Shown here one piece after another: positions 38,680 to 51,800 of a DNA stretch of 64,000 nucleotides (positions within the stretch are counted from its first letter, which is position 1; every line of letters starts with the position of its first letter). The position numbers and the translations under genes are program-made. The DNA comes from Lama glama (taxonomy: Eukaryota): assembly GCA_028534125.1 (NCBI GenBank), contig CM052818.1, positions 16,928,001 through 16,992,000 of the forward strand. The letters run 5' to 3'. Below the pieces are notes generated by a model, which was not told the origin of the DNA, did not search any database, and saw nothing but the letters and a program-made list of their open reading frames with translations.

Positions 38680-38835
38680 CAGATTTTGCTTTAGGGAAGT
38701 CATTTAACTAGTCTGGACCTCAATTTGTTCGTCTATGAAATGGGGAACACAGATTTACAAAGGTCAATAGAAATGTATAGAAAGTGCTGAGTACAGGGCT
38801 TCAGCTGTAATAGAGTCTCAAGAAATAATAGCTTA
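38680..38835 (+). mobile_element. MIR SINE fragment
   Basis: gggaagtcatttaactagtctggacctcaatttgttcgtctatgaaatgggg...aaagtgctgagtacagggc...ctcaagaaata. Confidence 0.7.
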
Positions 38836-40264
38836 TTAATAATGGTGTCTTTTAGTATTATCTTTACTGTGGTTATTATTATTACTATTAGAAACAAAAT
38901 ATTTCCTAATACAGCATATCAGTTAGTCCTGTTGGGGAGATGAGCGCCTGTGAGAAAGGTCCCCAAGGCTTCCTCTGCTCTTATATGCTGTTTCTACTTT
39001 TTTTCTTTCCAGATTGGGGATTTCCTGTTTTTACAAATATTACCCTCCTAGATTCAGTATTAAGATGTTATTCTGTTTTAATCAAAGTACTGAAAACTAA
39101 CTATGGTAGCATTTGTATTATTATCGCTTTTTATAAAAAAAATAATTTTATAGCTGTTATATAGTTCTTCTGACCATCGATACATAGCTTATACTTTATA
39201 AGTACTGCCTCTTAAGTTGCGTGGCTCAGGTCTTGATTGACACATCAACGTTCTCAAAAGGTGTGAAAACAGAAATAACATGTGGAAGAAAAGGCCCAGG
39301 GTGGGTGAGAGTTCCAGCGCCTCCCAGGCATGATGTCTGTAAGGACTCCAGTGTTGTGTGGGCTCTGGTTTCAGGACAATCTTGAGCTAAAATTAGGTCC
39401 AGGACTAGCGAGTATATGGTGATTCTGTGAGAGAGACAATTATTTGCTTCCACTAATCTACATTCTCTCACAAAGCTATAATTCCTTGGAAATTTGCTAT
39501 CAAACCCTATGCTGTTGAATACAATTCTGTAAAAAGTAGTCCGTTCTCATCTTGTCCAAGGTAGATTAGTATTTAACATCAAGAGGAATTTCAGGGTTGT
39601 CTTATCTGTGAAGAAATAATGCAAAAGATGAGCGTATGGTGAGCTTTTTAAAGATTGTGTGAGAGTTGAATCAGAGTTGACATTTTTAAAAATATTTTTG
39701 TGATTTGCCAATTGACTGATATTCAGGGTTTTTTTTTTTTTATCTGCAAATTGCCTTTTTCATTGGGTTTCTGGAAAAAGTAATTGATGTGGAAAGTGCT
39801 TATTAGCCTTAAATGTAGTTTGTATTTAATGCTCATTGAATGTTCTCCTCTTTCTTCAGACATACCCCCAACCTTCTTCCCCATTTCTCAGCAAACATAA
39901 ACTACTGAACCAAGAAATTGTCTCATTTGAAATATTTTCTGACAAAAAGTGCTGACCAGTCCCCTAGGTTTAGTTTGCCTCCCTCCGTTAGCAACTCCTT
40001 GTTAATTCTGTTAGTAAATAAGCACATTTTCCAATTTCAGTGACTTCAAGCACATAGCTCACTGATTCCTAGAAGGAAATCAGGACGTTTTTATTTAAAC
40101 TGTATAAATAGCAACAAAAGCATTACTTAGAAACTGACTTAAACTCAAGTTCAAATAGCAAATCACCTCTCTAATGCAAAAAAAAAAGAGTCCTGTCATA
40201 AAAGACAAAACACACCCCCTTCAAGGATATTTAAGTGTTCTAACTGTGTCTGCCATCTCTTTCT

Positions 40265-40533
40265 TTCTTTTTTTTTTATTTATTGAGGCTTATTTTTTTT
40301 AACATTTTTTAGTGATTTATAATCATTTTACAATGTTGTGTGAAATTCCAGTGTTCAGCACAATTTTTCAGTCATTCATGGACATGTACACACTCATTGT
40401 CACATTTTTGTCTCTGTGAGTTATCATAACATTTTGTGTATATTTCCCTGTGCTATACAGTGTAATCTTGTTTATCTATTCTACAATTTTGAAATCCCAG
40501 TCTATCCCTTCCCACCCTCCACCCCCCTGGTAA
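40265..40533 (-). mobile_element. Young 5'-truncated L1 3' end (camelid-like) with a perfect 14-bp TSD
   Basis: Poly-T, then aacattttttagtgatttataatcattttacaatgttgtg...tttccctgtgctatacag...cccttcccaccctccacccccctggtaa; identical tgccatctctttct at 40251-40264 and 40534-40547. Confidence 0.92.
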
Positions 40534-40629
40534 TGCCATCTCTTTCTATAATGGAACAATCATCATTTGGGAATCACCATCTTTCCTTACCCTTTTTTTC
40601 CTATTACAATTTTGAGATGTGCTACAGCA

Positions 40630-41000
40630 AATTCTAGTGACCTTAAACAAGAAATCTCCACTTGTCCAGTTTATGCCACCAACAAATTGAAGGACCTTGG
40701 ATCTATCTACTGACCTCAGAAAATTTAATTTTCTCACCTTGAGTAAAAAGGTGGAAATAAGTAATGTTCTGGAGAGTATTTCCTGAAGCTGTTGTCTACG
40801 TAACTGTGAGTCTAAGACTCTGCTAGTGTTATTATTTACTAATAGTAGCAGTTGCCATTTGTTAAGCACTTTTTCCATCTTCTCAAAGGGCATATTAGAT
40901 AACTACTATTATTATGCCCGTTTATAGGTTAGAACACTGAGAGCTGGATACTAAGTAATTTGCCTATGATTATACATGCTTAGGTTTCTAACCCCAAACT
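40630..41000. mobile_element. Two MIR fragments in opposite orientation (+ then -)
   Basis: gtgaccttaaacaag...ctcagaaaatttaattttctcacc (+); gccatttgttaagcact...attatgcccgtttataggttagaacactgagag...taagtaatttgcct (-). Confidence 0.55.
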
Positions 41001-42904
41001 ACCTGCTCAGAGGGTAGAGCCCTGCACTCTGTGTGTGCGTGACAGCTTGAGGACAGACATGTAATACGTACTACAATATATGCACATCTGTTTCAAATCT
41101 CAAACATACACTTATTTCCCTCTGGAACATGTAGCAAAAGGAGGTTTAAACTATACTTCCTTTTCCTATAGTCTGAGCATAAATTGTCAAAAAGGGACCA
41201 GATAAGTGATAACATTCCGTAAGATTAAAGATCATTGATCAGTATTTATAGATCACCTCTCTCTTGGCTTTTTGTTTGTAGGTGGTGTACAGCTAGTTCA
41301 TGATATTTATTTGCATGCGAACACCAGCTTGTTAAGGCTGGAATCATTTGAAAGAGTTCTGATATTGATAAAATACCTCATGTCACTTAGTGTCCCAGGT
41401 CTCAGAGACGGCCTTAAGGCACGACTGGACCAGGACCAGGAAAAGACAGAGGCAACTCCGAGCCTGTGTTTCCTGTTCCTGATGGTTACTGTGTTTTGAC
41501 ATGATTAGGGTGAGGATTCCAGAGTCAATTAACTCAGTCATGGGAACGTTTTCTGACATTGTTGCCACTTTCCTCATTGAGCGTGCCCTGCAGAAAGACA
41601 AAAAGCATGGAGGAAGTGGAAAGAGTGTCACCAAAAAGAGGTGTCGTGAGACCTCACGTACTGAGGCACACATTTGCAAAGCTACCAGATGAACATAGTG
41701 TCATTGCTTTTACATTAAAATAAATGTAATAGCATAGTGAAATTAAAAATGTATTCATTTTTAAGATAAAATAGAAGACACAGAATACATACATTTTATA
41801 CTTTCTGTAGGGTATAGTGATTCCAGACTTCGGAGATACATTTTTATCTTTTTCTCTTATTAGAAGTGGGGAGAAGAATAAAGAATACAGATGTTTTAAA
41901 TAGAAAAAAATTTTAATGTGGCATTGTCTTAGGTAGTCAAGATGAACTTTATAGTTAGACATCGGGTCCTTTTTTGAGATTGCACTATAGATAACTCTGT
42001 TCTTAGGGAAGCAGGTAGTTAGACCCAACCAGTAAATGAACATTTACTATTTTTTGGCAGCCAGAATTGGTTAAGTCCAGACTGTCGTGCCTGTCATAAA
42101 TGGTAACTTCATTTTGGAGAGACAGCTAAATAAGATAATGAAGACAGTTTTGATCTTTTTTAAAATTAATATTGATTTTTATGTGTCAGTTTAATGCAGG
42201 CAGGGAGACACAATTATGCCCTAAGTGCAGTAAGTCATACCCTTCACAGATTGTGACAGAGAGAAGGAGTATTTTTAGTGGTAGGAGTTAATTTGCTCTG
42301 GCATTAATGCATGAACACGTTGGTGATGATGTCTGATTGTTTCCTATGTTACTAGTTCAACTAAAAATAAGGTCTATGAACCCAGCTGTGGGAAGTTATT
42401 GATTATGACAGTTTCTTCAAAAGTGAATTGCTTAAAGTCACTCTTCTGACTAATCAGTTTCTGATTCCAAAATGAACTTTTATTCCATCTTTCCTCCTCT
42501 TCTTTCTCCCTCAGTCTTCTCAGCCTCCTACATTAAACATTGAACTATGCATAAAAAGTGAGGAAATTTATAGCATACTTTAATTCTGCTAGGAAAGAAA
42601 TATTGGGGGAAAATCATTTAAAAATTCAGTATTAACCATCTTATTAACTATTTTATATAAATATAAACATGCATTCACACAGTCAAGCAGTAAGAGTAAC
42701 TGTCATTTCCATTAGATTGATACTCTGCATATATATAATTTCTTTGGCAATGTAATGATTTAGTAAATGGTTAGCTTCATTATATTGAGATGGCCTTTAA
42801 AAATGTCCATTTTGTTCCCAGTTATATGCTCAGGGAGATTTCCTAAATGTTTACCGTGCATTCTGCAATACACTGTTTTTTATTAGATTCTTGAAAAGGA
42901 AGAT

Positions 42905-43330
42905 GTTAAGACTCAGTTTTTATGTGCATCAGGATATTTCTTCTTCAAGGAAAACAATGCATGAATTTACTATGTCATATAACCAGAAATCCACAAGTCT
43001 GGTAGTTTGACTCCTCCATGTTCTTTTGGTTCTGACCATCTCCTCTCTGCCAACTTCAGCATAGTAGTTAACTTTTGTCCGTAGGTTTATCTACTTGTGA
43101 TCACAAGATGGGTGCAGTCGGTTCACATATGTTCATATATGCTTCATATATACTCATGTCACTGCATCCTAAGATAGACTAGGACTCTGTGTGTGTGCGT
43201 GTATGTGTACTTTTCCCACGAGTTCCTCAGCATTTTCCCTTCAGTTTCATTGACCCTTTACTAAACCAGTTACAGGCATTAGAAGGGAACTACCCAGAAT
43301 GTCTTGGCTAATCAAGACTCTTCCCCCAAT
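42905..43330 (-). mobile_element. Old MLT1 (J/K/L-like) MaLR LTR fragment
   Basis: tcatataaccagaaatcca...ctctctgccaacttcagcat...tgatcacaagatgggtgcag...ttcccttcagtttcattg...taaaccagttac...ggctaatcaagact resembles old MLT1 LTRs; subfamily uncertain. Confidence 0.5.
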
Positions 43331-44076
43331 GGCTAGGCAAGTGCTAGAAGTGCTGATCACTTGAATGCCCAACAGAAGAAAAGCAGGAAGACACGTGGGT
43401 AAAGGACAGTTTTACCAGCTTAGAGGTAAATACAAACAAATAAGGAAAATTCTAAAACCTTAACTGAGAAATAGACAAACCTTTATGAATCATATGTACA
43501 GATAAAACGTGGTATGGTAGAGGCTGAGTGGCTTAGAGAAATCAGCATACACTGATGACTATGTTTGCACTGCCGATTGACTTTTAGAATCACTGACAAT
43601 TTTTCAATATTTGAAGTGACAGTAAAACTAACCAAATTCTGCTATGTCTTTAAGACAATAAAAAATATGTGCCTGAATCACCCCACATAAGTCCCTGCAA
43701 ACATACTAATCAAGTTTTTAAGCCAGGAAGGCCTTAGCCCCTTCTCAAATTATGGCCCGTTAAATGAACTTACTTAACTTGTGATATTTCACTGTTAAAT
43801 AATGAAGAAGATGTTAAAATTCCCTCCTTCTCTGTGCATTTATAAAAATGATCAAATAAATAAATAAATATTGATTAAAACTGTGTTGTCATGGAATAGG
43901 GAAAGAGTAATGAAATAGAGTAAGTAGCCCATAAGAGGTTTACCTCATTTAGTAAGGTTTCTGATAACATAGGTAATCACATTGATTATTGTATTTATCT
44001 AACATTTTAATTAGTGTTATGCCCACACAAATATATAAATATACAGACAGACAGACATTATATACAAATGATTAGT

Positions 44077-44156
44077 TTAGGTTACACTATATAAAATTAC
44101 TGGTTTGTTTAGGTCAAAAAAGGATGAATGTTAAAAATTTCATAAGGTTCAACTGA
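44077..44156. mobile_element. MADE2 (Mariner-derived 80-bp MITE)
   Basis: ttaggttacactatataaaattac...taggtcaaaaaagg...aatttcataaggttcaactga: exactly 80 bp, degenerate terminal inverted repeats (recalled consensus TTAGGTTGAACCATATGAAATTGCC) and central TAGGTCAAAAA. Confidence 0.8.
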
Positions 44157-45839
44157 CGATTTTTAAATGGTTGGGATGCAGAGGAAGCATTTGGAGGCAA
44201 TAAAGGTGTGGTGCACTTTGTGACTAGCATGCTGTATTTTCAGTGCCAGTGCGTAACAAGGGTATCTTGAGAACAATATTAATATGTAATTTTTAATTAT
44301 GTAAGAAAGTCTCATTAATAAAATATCCTCAGTGAATCTAATGTCCTTGTTCTGTTTCTACTGTGCTACCAGAGAATCTTTTAATAACAAGAATTTGTAA
44401 GAATTTTTGCCATCCACAGATTTACAACATACGATGTTATAGGAAATATCAACGCTTGTTATGAATTGAAACTCAGAAATGTACTACCTGCTAGTAGTCC
44501 AGAAGCTAGAGGCCAGGTCTAGCTGCCTTTTTGTAGATCGTAGTCCTACAGACAGTCAGGAATTTTATATCTAAAATTTAATCCCATATTTTAAGTCGAG
44601 ATCAAGTCTTAGCAATGATTCAAACCAAGTCTTCTAAAGGTGAGGACACTGAGGCCCAGTGACCGAGAGAGATCTGGTTTTCCAAGACAGTTCCAGTCGC
44701 CCCTCCAAGGCTCTTCTCACTCTACATCTGGTTGCCTGATTATGGGGTCAGGATGCCACCCTTTAATCTCTGGGGCCCTGCTTGCCTTCCCCCATCATGA
44801 CTGTGAAGCTTTTGTTTCAAGTTTTAATTACATTTTGTTACTCCTCCCAGGTCTAAACTTGCTCCTTGTTTTTAAAATACACCTGAAAGCCTCAGGGCCT
44901 TCCTTTAGTGAGTTACATTGAATACCTCATTGTTGAGATACTTACTCCTCCCCTCCCCAGATTTAAAGCTTTTGTTGGATTACCCATAAAAAACAAAGCA
45001 AAACAAAACTGTGAGATTTTAGAAAAGTTGCCAATATCTGCCAGTTTCCGCTGAAGAATGTGAATGTTCCCATGTACCCTAATGGCTGAGAGTATTGCCG
45101 TGTTTTTCTGTTATTGCTTACAAATCTGAAGTTTCTATACCTTTATTGTACATGGAAAGTAGAGCTTTTTGTATGATGTTCTTTTAATTCTGAATTATTT
45201 GACAGTAAATGGCTATGCATTGTTTAAAGGCAGGCAGAGAGCTGGCATTTGAACCAGAAAATTACTCTTTTAATTTGGAATACACACAAAACTCCTATTT
45301 CCCTCAACCTATGGAGGTCAGTGCAAATGGGTCAGAGTCAGTGGAATATTCATGAAGTGCAGAAATGTGATGTCATTAATGGAAAAATTTGCCCAGTGCA
45401 TAACCAATACTGAATTTAAAAAACATTTGGTAATAAATACATACATAAATACATACAATAAAAAAAAAATTGGTCCCCAGTAGGTTCTTCCTAAAACTAG
45501 CAATTTCACTGAATTGCACAAGATTTATTCATCTTTTTAAAGTGAACATGCTCTAAAACACTGTTCTTGAAAGTGTCACCCTTATTCTGTGATTGGTAGT
45601 CTACAAGCCAAGTGCAGCTCTATTTTGTGTTTTTTCATCAATGCCATTTTAAACCAGAGGTTTTCCTCAAAAAAGGTATTTAGTCTAAAATTAATTCTGT
45701 AATTAAATGCTTTCCAGTGCTCACAGTTTCCAAGCTTTTTATTATGCCTATCTTCAGGTAGGGTTCACTATGCCCTTTCGTTTTAGAATTCGCATGTTTA
45801 GATGAGTTTGCCTCCCATAAACCTCCCTTAGTAAACCTT

Positions 45840-45939
45840 NNNNNNNNNNNNNNNNNNNNNNNNNNNNNNNNNNNNNNNNNNNNNNNNNNNNNNNNNNNNN
45901 NNNNNNNNNNNNNNNNNNNNNNNNNNNNNNNNNNNNNNN
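45840..45939. other. Assembly gap (100 N, probably a placeholder size)
   Basis: Direct; abuts an L1 whose missing 3' part should be far longer than 100 bp. Confidence 1.
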
Positions 45940-46458
45940 TGTTTTACATGCTGCTGTCCAGTTTTCCCAACACCATTTGCTGAAGAGACTGTCTTTATTC
46001 CATTGTATATTCTTGCCTCCTTTGTCGAAGATGAGTTGACCAAAAGTTTGTGGGTTCATTTCTGGGCTCTCTATTCTGTTCCATTGGTCCATATGTCTGT
46101 TTTGGTACCAATACCATGCTGTCTTGATGACTGTAGCTCTGTAGTATTGTCTGAAGTCTGGGAGAGTTACTCGTCCAGCCCCTTTCTTTCTCTTCAGTAG
46201 TGCTTTAGCAATTCTAGGTCTTTGATGGTTCCATATAAATTTTATTATGATTTGTTCTAGTTCTGTGAAATGTGTCCTGGGTAATTTGATAGGGATTGCA
46301 TTAAATCTGTAGATTGCCTTGGGCAGTGTGACCATTTTAACAATATTGATTCTTCCAATCCAAGAGCATGGGATATCTTTCTATTTTTTAAAGTCTTCTT
46401 TAATTTCCTTCATCAATGGTTTATAGTTTTCTGTGTATAATTCTTTCACCTCCTTGGT
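45940..46458 (-). mobile_element. LINE-1 ORF2 fragment (region C-terminal to the RT domain), 5'-truncated, with an in-frame stop
   Basis: Translates to [57 protein letters not shown]...[13 protein letters not shown]...DQWNRIE...[12 protein letters not shown], unmistakable mammalian L1 ORF2p; TAG replaces the conserved Trp at 46381-46383. Confidence 0.97.
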
Positions 46459-46924
46459 GCAAGTGAGTTTTTAATTAACATCGGAATTATTATTAAAAAC
46501 TTCCATAACTAAGACTACCCTTCATCATTTTTTGTCCTCTTTTGCATGGAAAGATAAAGGTGATACAATAGGTGTTCTTGGCTATTTCAAATCAGAGCAG
46601 ATTCCCAAAATAGAGTGTGTGGTCTATTTTGTTGGTATTGTTTTACTCCTTGTTCAAGCTATGGCGTTCACACCATCCACACACTTATGTCTGTGGTCTA
46701 GAACAGAGAGGAACAATCAGAGTGGCTTCAGTGGCTTCAAAAAACAGAGACAGAGCTACACCTGCCTGTTCTGAGTATATTGTCAAGTGAGACCCTCTCC
46801 CAGATACATAATTATCCCACTGCTAATGTGTTGTAAAATGGAAGAGTCCTAAAAAATGCCAGGAGATGAAGTTTTAGAGAAAATAAATTTAAATGGATCT
46901 GGCTGTGCTTATTTTATTCCAGTT

Positions 46925-47424
46925 NNNNNNNNNNNNNNNNNNNNNNNNNNNNNNNNNNNNNNNNNNNNNNNNNNNNNNNNNNNNNNNNNNNNNNNNNNNN
47001 NNNNNNNNNNNNNNNNNNNNNNNNNNNNNNNNNNNNNNNNNNNNNNNNNNNNNNNNNNNNNNNNNNNNNNNNNNNNNNNNNNNNNNNNNNNNNNNNNNNN
47101 NNNNNNNNNNNNNNNNNNNNNNNNNNNNNNNNNNNNNNNNNNNNNNNNNNNNNNNNNNNNNNNNNNNNNNNNNNNNNNNNNNNNNNNNNNNNNNNNNNNN
47201 NNNNNNNNNNNNNNNNNNNNNNNNNNNNNNNNNNNNNNNNNNNNNNNNNNNNNNNNNNNNNNNNNNNNNNNNNNNNNNNNNNNNNNNNNNNNNNNNNNNN
47301 NNNNNNNNNNNNNNNNNNNNNNNNNNNNNNNNNNNNNNNNNNNNNNNNNNNNNNNNNNNNNNNNNNNNNNNNNNNNNNNNNNNNNNNNNNNNNNNNNNNN
47401 NNNNNNNNNNNNNNNNNNNNNNNN
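46925..47424. other. Assembly gap (500 N)
   Basis: Direct observation. Confidence 1.
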
Positions 47425-47632
47425 GGATTTTTGAATGACGGCCATTCTGACTGGTGTGAGGTGATACCTCATTGTAGTTTTGATTTGCATTTCTCTGATA
47501 ATTAGTGATATTGAGCATTTTTTCATGTGCTTTTTGATCATTTGTATGTCTTCCTTGGAGAATTGCTTGTTTAGGTCTTCTGCCCATTTTTGGATTGGGT
47601 TGTTTATTTTTTTCTTATTGAGTTGTATGAGC
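47425..47632 (-). mobile_element. LINE-1 ORF2 C-terminal fragment (just upstream of the Cys-rich domain), 5'-truncated
   Basis: [69 protein letters not shown] matches L1 ORF2p. Confidence 0.96.
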
Positions 47633-48724
47633 CTTACTGATCTCTTTTCTAACCCTACTGTTGCCTGACCTCTTGAAGCACTTCTTTTTGGTGCCACTCA
47701 CCTGGCACTTAACCGTACCCACATCTTCTCGTACAGTTATCTTTTCAAATAATGTATATGTATCTTATGTCTACCATTAGGACAAAGGTCACTGAGTTTA
47801 AAGAATATGACATACTTTACTAGTCGCAGCATGTGTAGTGAGGTGTCTTGTAAGCAGTAGCTCATGTGTATAATGACTGACATACAAGAAAAAAATAAAA
47901 ATGCAATGAATAGTATAAAAATTGAAACCTACGTATTGATTCCATGTGACAAAAGTATTTTTTCAAACAGTACATTTCAAAATGATTTTCCAGTTGCAAT
48001 TTATATGGTGTACCATTTCAGGATATACACATATATATTTCATGGAATTGCCAGAACAGAGACTGGTATAAAACAACCCATCTCACTGTTCAGAAGGCTA
48101 CCACAGATTAAAATCAAACCAATTTCTGTTCATGAAGGAGAAGCATTTACGAAGCTACAATCCATAGTACATTTGGAAGGAATTCACCCAATATAGACTA
48201 AATTAAAACACAAATCACTGATGAAAAAGAGCAGACTCAAGCAATTGGCTAAGTAATAATGGAAAACAAAATAAAAGAACATGGGTGAAAGATAATTACA
48301 GTTTATATTTCAGATAAGAAATTATGAAATAAAAACAAACAAACAAAAATTTACTCATAAAAAGCAAGTGACCCCCTGTCTGCCAACTCATTAGCTATGA
48401 TAACAAAAATGTGTTGTATTCCAGGTGACCTGAATTATCACATCTATCTTGATCCTCAAATATATATTCCTAGGTGTGGGAAAGATTTACTCGATTACTA
48501 TGCTAGATTTCAGAAGCTAACAATTGTTAGGAATTAGTAAATGTCAGGTACCATGATGGGCACCTTTATAAACGTAGTTTCTTTCAATACTCTCAATAGT
48601 CATCTTTGAGTCCCTTCCCTATTTATTTCCTTTATCATTAATTTGACAATTAATCCTGGACTATTTTGTGATATCTCTTCTATTATTTGTTGGAAATATT
48701 TTTGTCTCATCCTTCCACTTGTTA

Positions 48725-48850
48725 ACTCATTCATCTATTCTGGCTAAATATTTAGTAGGTAGCTACTAGGTACTAGGTACTGTTCTTAGTTCTGGACATA
48801 GATTAGTGAATTAAAAAAATCTGTTACCTGATAGAGTCTTCATGTTGATG
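48725..48850 (-). mobile_element. L2 3' end fragment
   Basis: ctcattcatctattc...aaatatttagt...ctactaggtactaggtactgttcttagttctggacatagattagtgaa resembles the antisense L2 tail. Confidence 0.65.
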
Positions 48851-51800
48851 TTACTCAATTATTTTTACATACAGGTATTGTGTACCCAAACTAAACTGTT
48901 TGCTCCTGGAAGCTAGTTCCTCAATTTTATTTCTTTGCATCTTCTACAATTGTCTAGCAAGCTAAATACTTAATTCACAACTGGTATTCAACAGATATGT
49001 GTCACTTTTAAAAAATTTTAAAATATTTAAAAAAATATTTTAAACAGCATTATTGGATTAAAGAACATCTAAACTTTAAAATTCTTCCAGTACTTACTTA
49101 ATAACTTACTTTAAAATCCTAAGAATAATACAATACCAAATTTTAACTGTCTGATAAGAACTCAAAGGAAAGTCTAGTAAGTTAGTATTCCCCACATTCC
49201 ACATCCCCTCTTCTATCCCTCTGTCCCCACCGAAACACAATTATGTAGACAGATTTCTAGCTCAGATTTCTCTTCTATCTGAAACAATATCTATACTTAT
49301 AATGACACCAGTTTAGCTTCTAGTATGAATTTTTACTGATTCTTAATAACAAGATGATATTCTCTTAACTGATATCTCCTGAGACAAGACTATTAATACT
49401 ATTCCTTCAATTATTTTGGTAAGACTTTGCATTTGAAAATAAGAACTCTAGTTTATGTATCAGATGGAAGATTTTCACTGAGAATTATAGTCTATACATA
49501 CACAGTCTATCCATCCTGTTCATTTTTCTCAGACAGCCAGAAACCAGGATTGCATTTCTGGTCCCTGGTCTCCACATCGTAAGCTATTCCTTGATGCTGT
49601 TCTTCCTACGCTTTGCCAGGCAGCATAGCATAGTGGTTAAATGCATGGGTTTCTAAGGTGTGACTTTTATGAAAGTAGTTTCCCTTTTCTTAGGACTCCT
49701 ATAGGAGTCATCTTATAAAAATATATATAAACATTGGTAACTAGTCTGTCTTATATTAAGTGGTCATCAAGTGACAGATGTTTGTATGTGAGTCAAAGAA
49801 AAAGACCCTTGTTGAAAGCTTATCTTCATATACAGATAATGAAGTATATGTTTATAAATATTCTGCATATGTATGTGAGTATGGAGGCTCAAAAAATTGA
49901 TTTAGTCACACTGCCATCAATAAAGTTGGCTGTGGACTGACACAGACACTCAGACAATATCATCGCTGGTGCACGGGAGGAGGTGAGGAAAGGGCATGCT
50001 TGCAGATTAATGGAGTCATTAATGCTCTCGAAAACAAGCAGGTAAACTGTTTATATGGTTGTATTTAACCCCAGCAAAATATAGTTATTAATATAATATG
50101 TAATTTGTTTATCTTACACAAGAGGAAACTAGGGTCAAAAACTTCAAGTAATACATTCAGGTTCACACAGTGATTTCACTTAGGATTTGACAATGAGTCC
50201 AAACTGGGCAACTAGCCAGAGGCCATCATTAATTGCAGTATCAGGAAAATAAGGGTCTTTCAGCAGAGGTTTGAAGCTTAAAATTTTTAAGGGTCAAGTG
50301 CTGTGTAAGTATATGAAGGTGTATATGTGCGTGCACGATATAAACAATTCAGAGATGAGGAACTATGGAAAATAGAGAACACTGGAACTTAACAGAAGCC
50401 ATGAACATTCATTCAATGTTCTTCCTTTCCTCCCTCCTTTCATGCCTTTTTTTTCCCCCTTTATCACTAAGCTGATTAAACAAAACAGACCATTTCTAAC
50501 GACTGCTTCAGGATATGCTTCAAAGATGTTATAAATTAAAAAATCCTATAGCTCTAGCCATTGTGAATACACTGAAGGATATTCAAAGAACTGGAGAGTT
50601 GGACCTTGTCACTGTAAGATGGGAGACTGCTTATCTTCATTCCTCAACTACCACAGCTGTGTTTATTTATATCTGTTCATTAAACTTAGCGTAACTCCAG
50701 TTTATGAATCCTTATGAAGGACTCAAGGTGGAGGAAAGAATACTGGTTGATCAATATAATCAGCATATTCAGGCAAAGAAAGATATAGAAAAACTAAGTT
50801 ATTTCCATTTTAAAATCAGTTTATTTAAAATAAGTATCATGTAGTTCCTCTTGGTTATGGCTATCAGAGCAGAGGTTTCATAGAGACTACATATAACTGC
50901 AATGTCTAGATCTTCACATCCCTAATCTTGAACGTCTTCTTCAAGCTAACTTTGCTTAATTAAATCATTTCTCTCTGTCTCCTGTTCACATTCAGTGGCC
51001 TTCCTGAGGTCTTCCCATCATCCCCGATAAAATGCTGGGAACAACAGAAGGGATGAGGCTGAATGAAACCACTTGTCACGCCCAAAGTAGCCCTCAGACT
51101 TCCACATAAACACACATATTTAAAGAATAAATTATAAAAGCATTAAATCATTCATTTCCTCAGGGTGCCAAATTTTCAGTCTGCATGGATGTCTCGATGT
51201 TTGGCTGGTGCCCTTGCTGTAAACCTGTGAAGCATGTGATCTTATTTTTGGATCAGAAAATGCAGTTTCCATATAACTAATACAAATGTACATATATTGT
51301 CCCTTTTAATTTTTTTTTTAGGTCACAACGCGAGCCTTGGGAGAAATTGTAATGGGTGATATTACTTCAAGAAATGTCCACAAATTAAATAGAGCAGAAT
51401 TTATGAAAAACTGGTCCCAACATGTCTTTCAGCCTGCCTCCTTTCCTCTAGTCTAAGCTACACATCCGATACACTGAAAAAGGTAGAGCTGCATCTTCCA
51501 GTTAATTTGAACTCTGCCTGTTTCTAACCATCTGTAAGCAAACCAGTGTTTCTGAGCCCTAAGGGGCTCCTCACTCACATGAGTTCCTTCTTTGCTGCGT
51601 ATTGCTGGTTTGGAGGGCAGGGACCTAAACCATGGCTGAAAATGGTATCTGCATCCCTACCTACGCCAAAGGGCTGCATTTCTCTTTCATGGAACTTAGA
51701 GCTTTCAGGACAAAGGAATCATGCTTAGCCACAATGTGTTATTTTTTATAAACAACTAATTGCAGTTTCTCTGGGATCTGCTGCATGTCCGAAGACACTC

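Noticed and set aside
49017..49044. Perfect 12-bp stem hairpin tttaaaatattt-aaaa-aaatattttaaa
   Set aside because: Pure A/T low-complexity sequence; such inverted repeats are common by chance.
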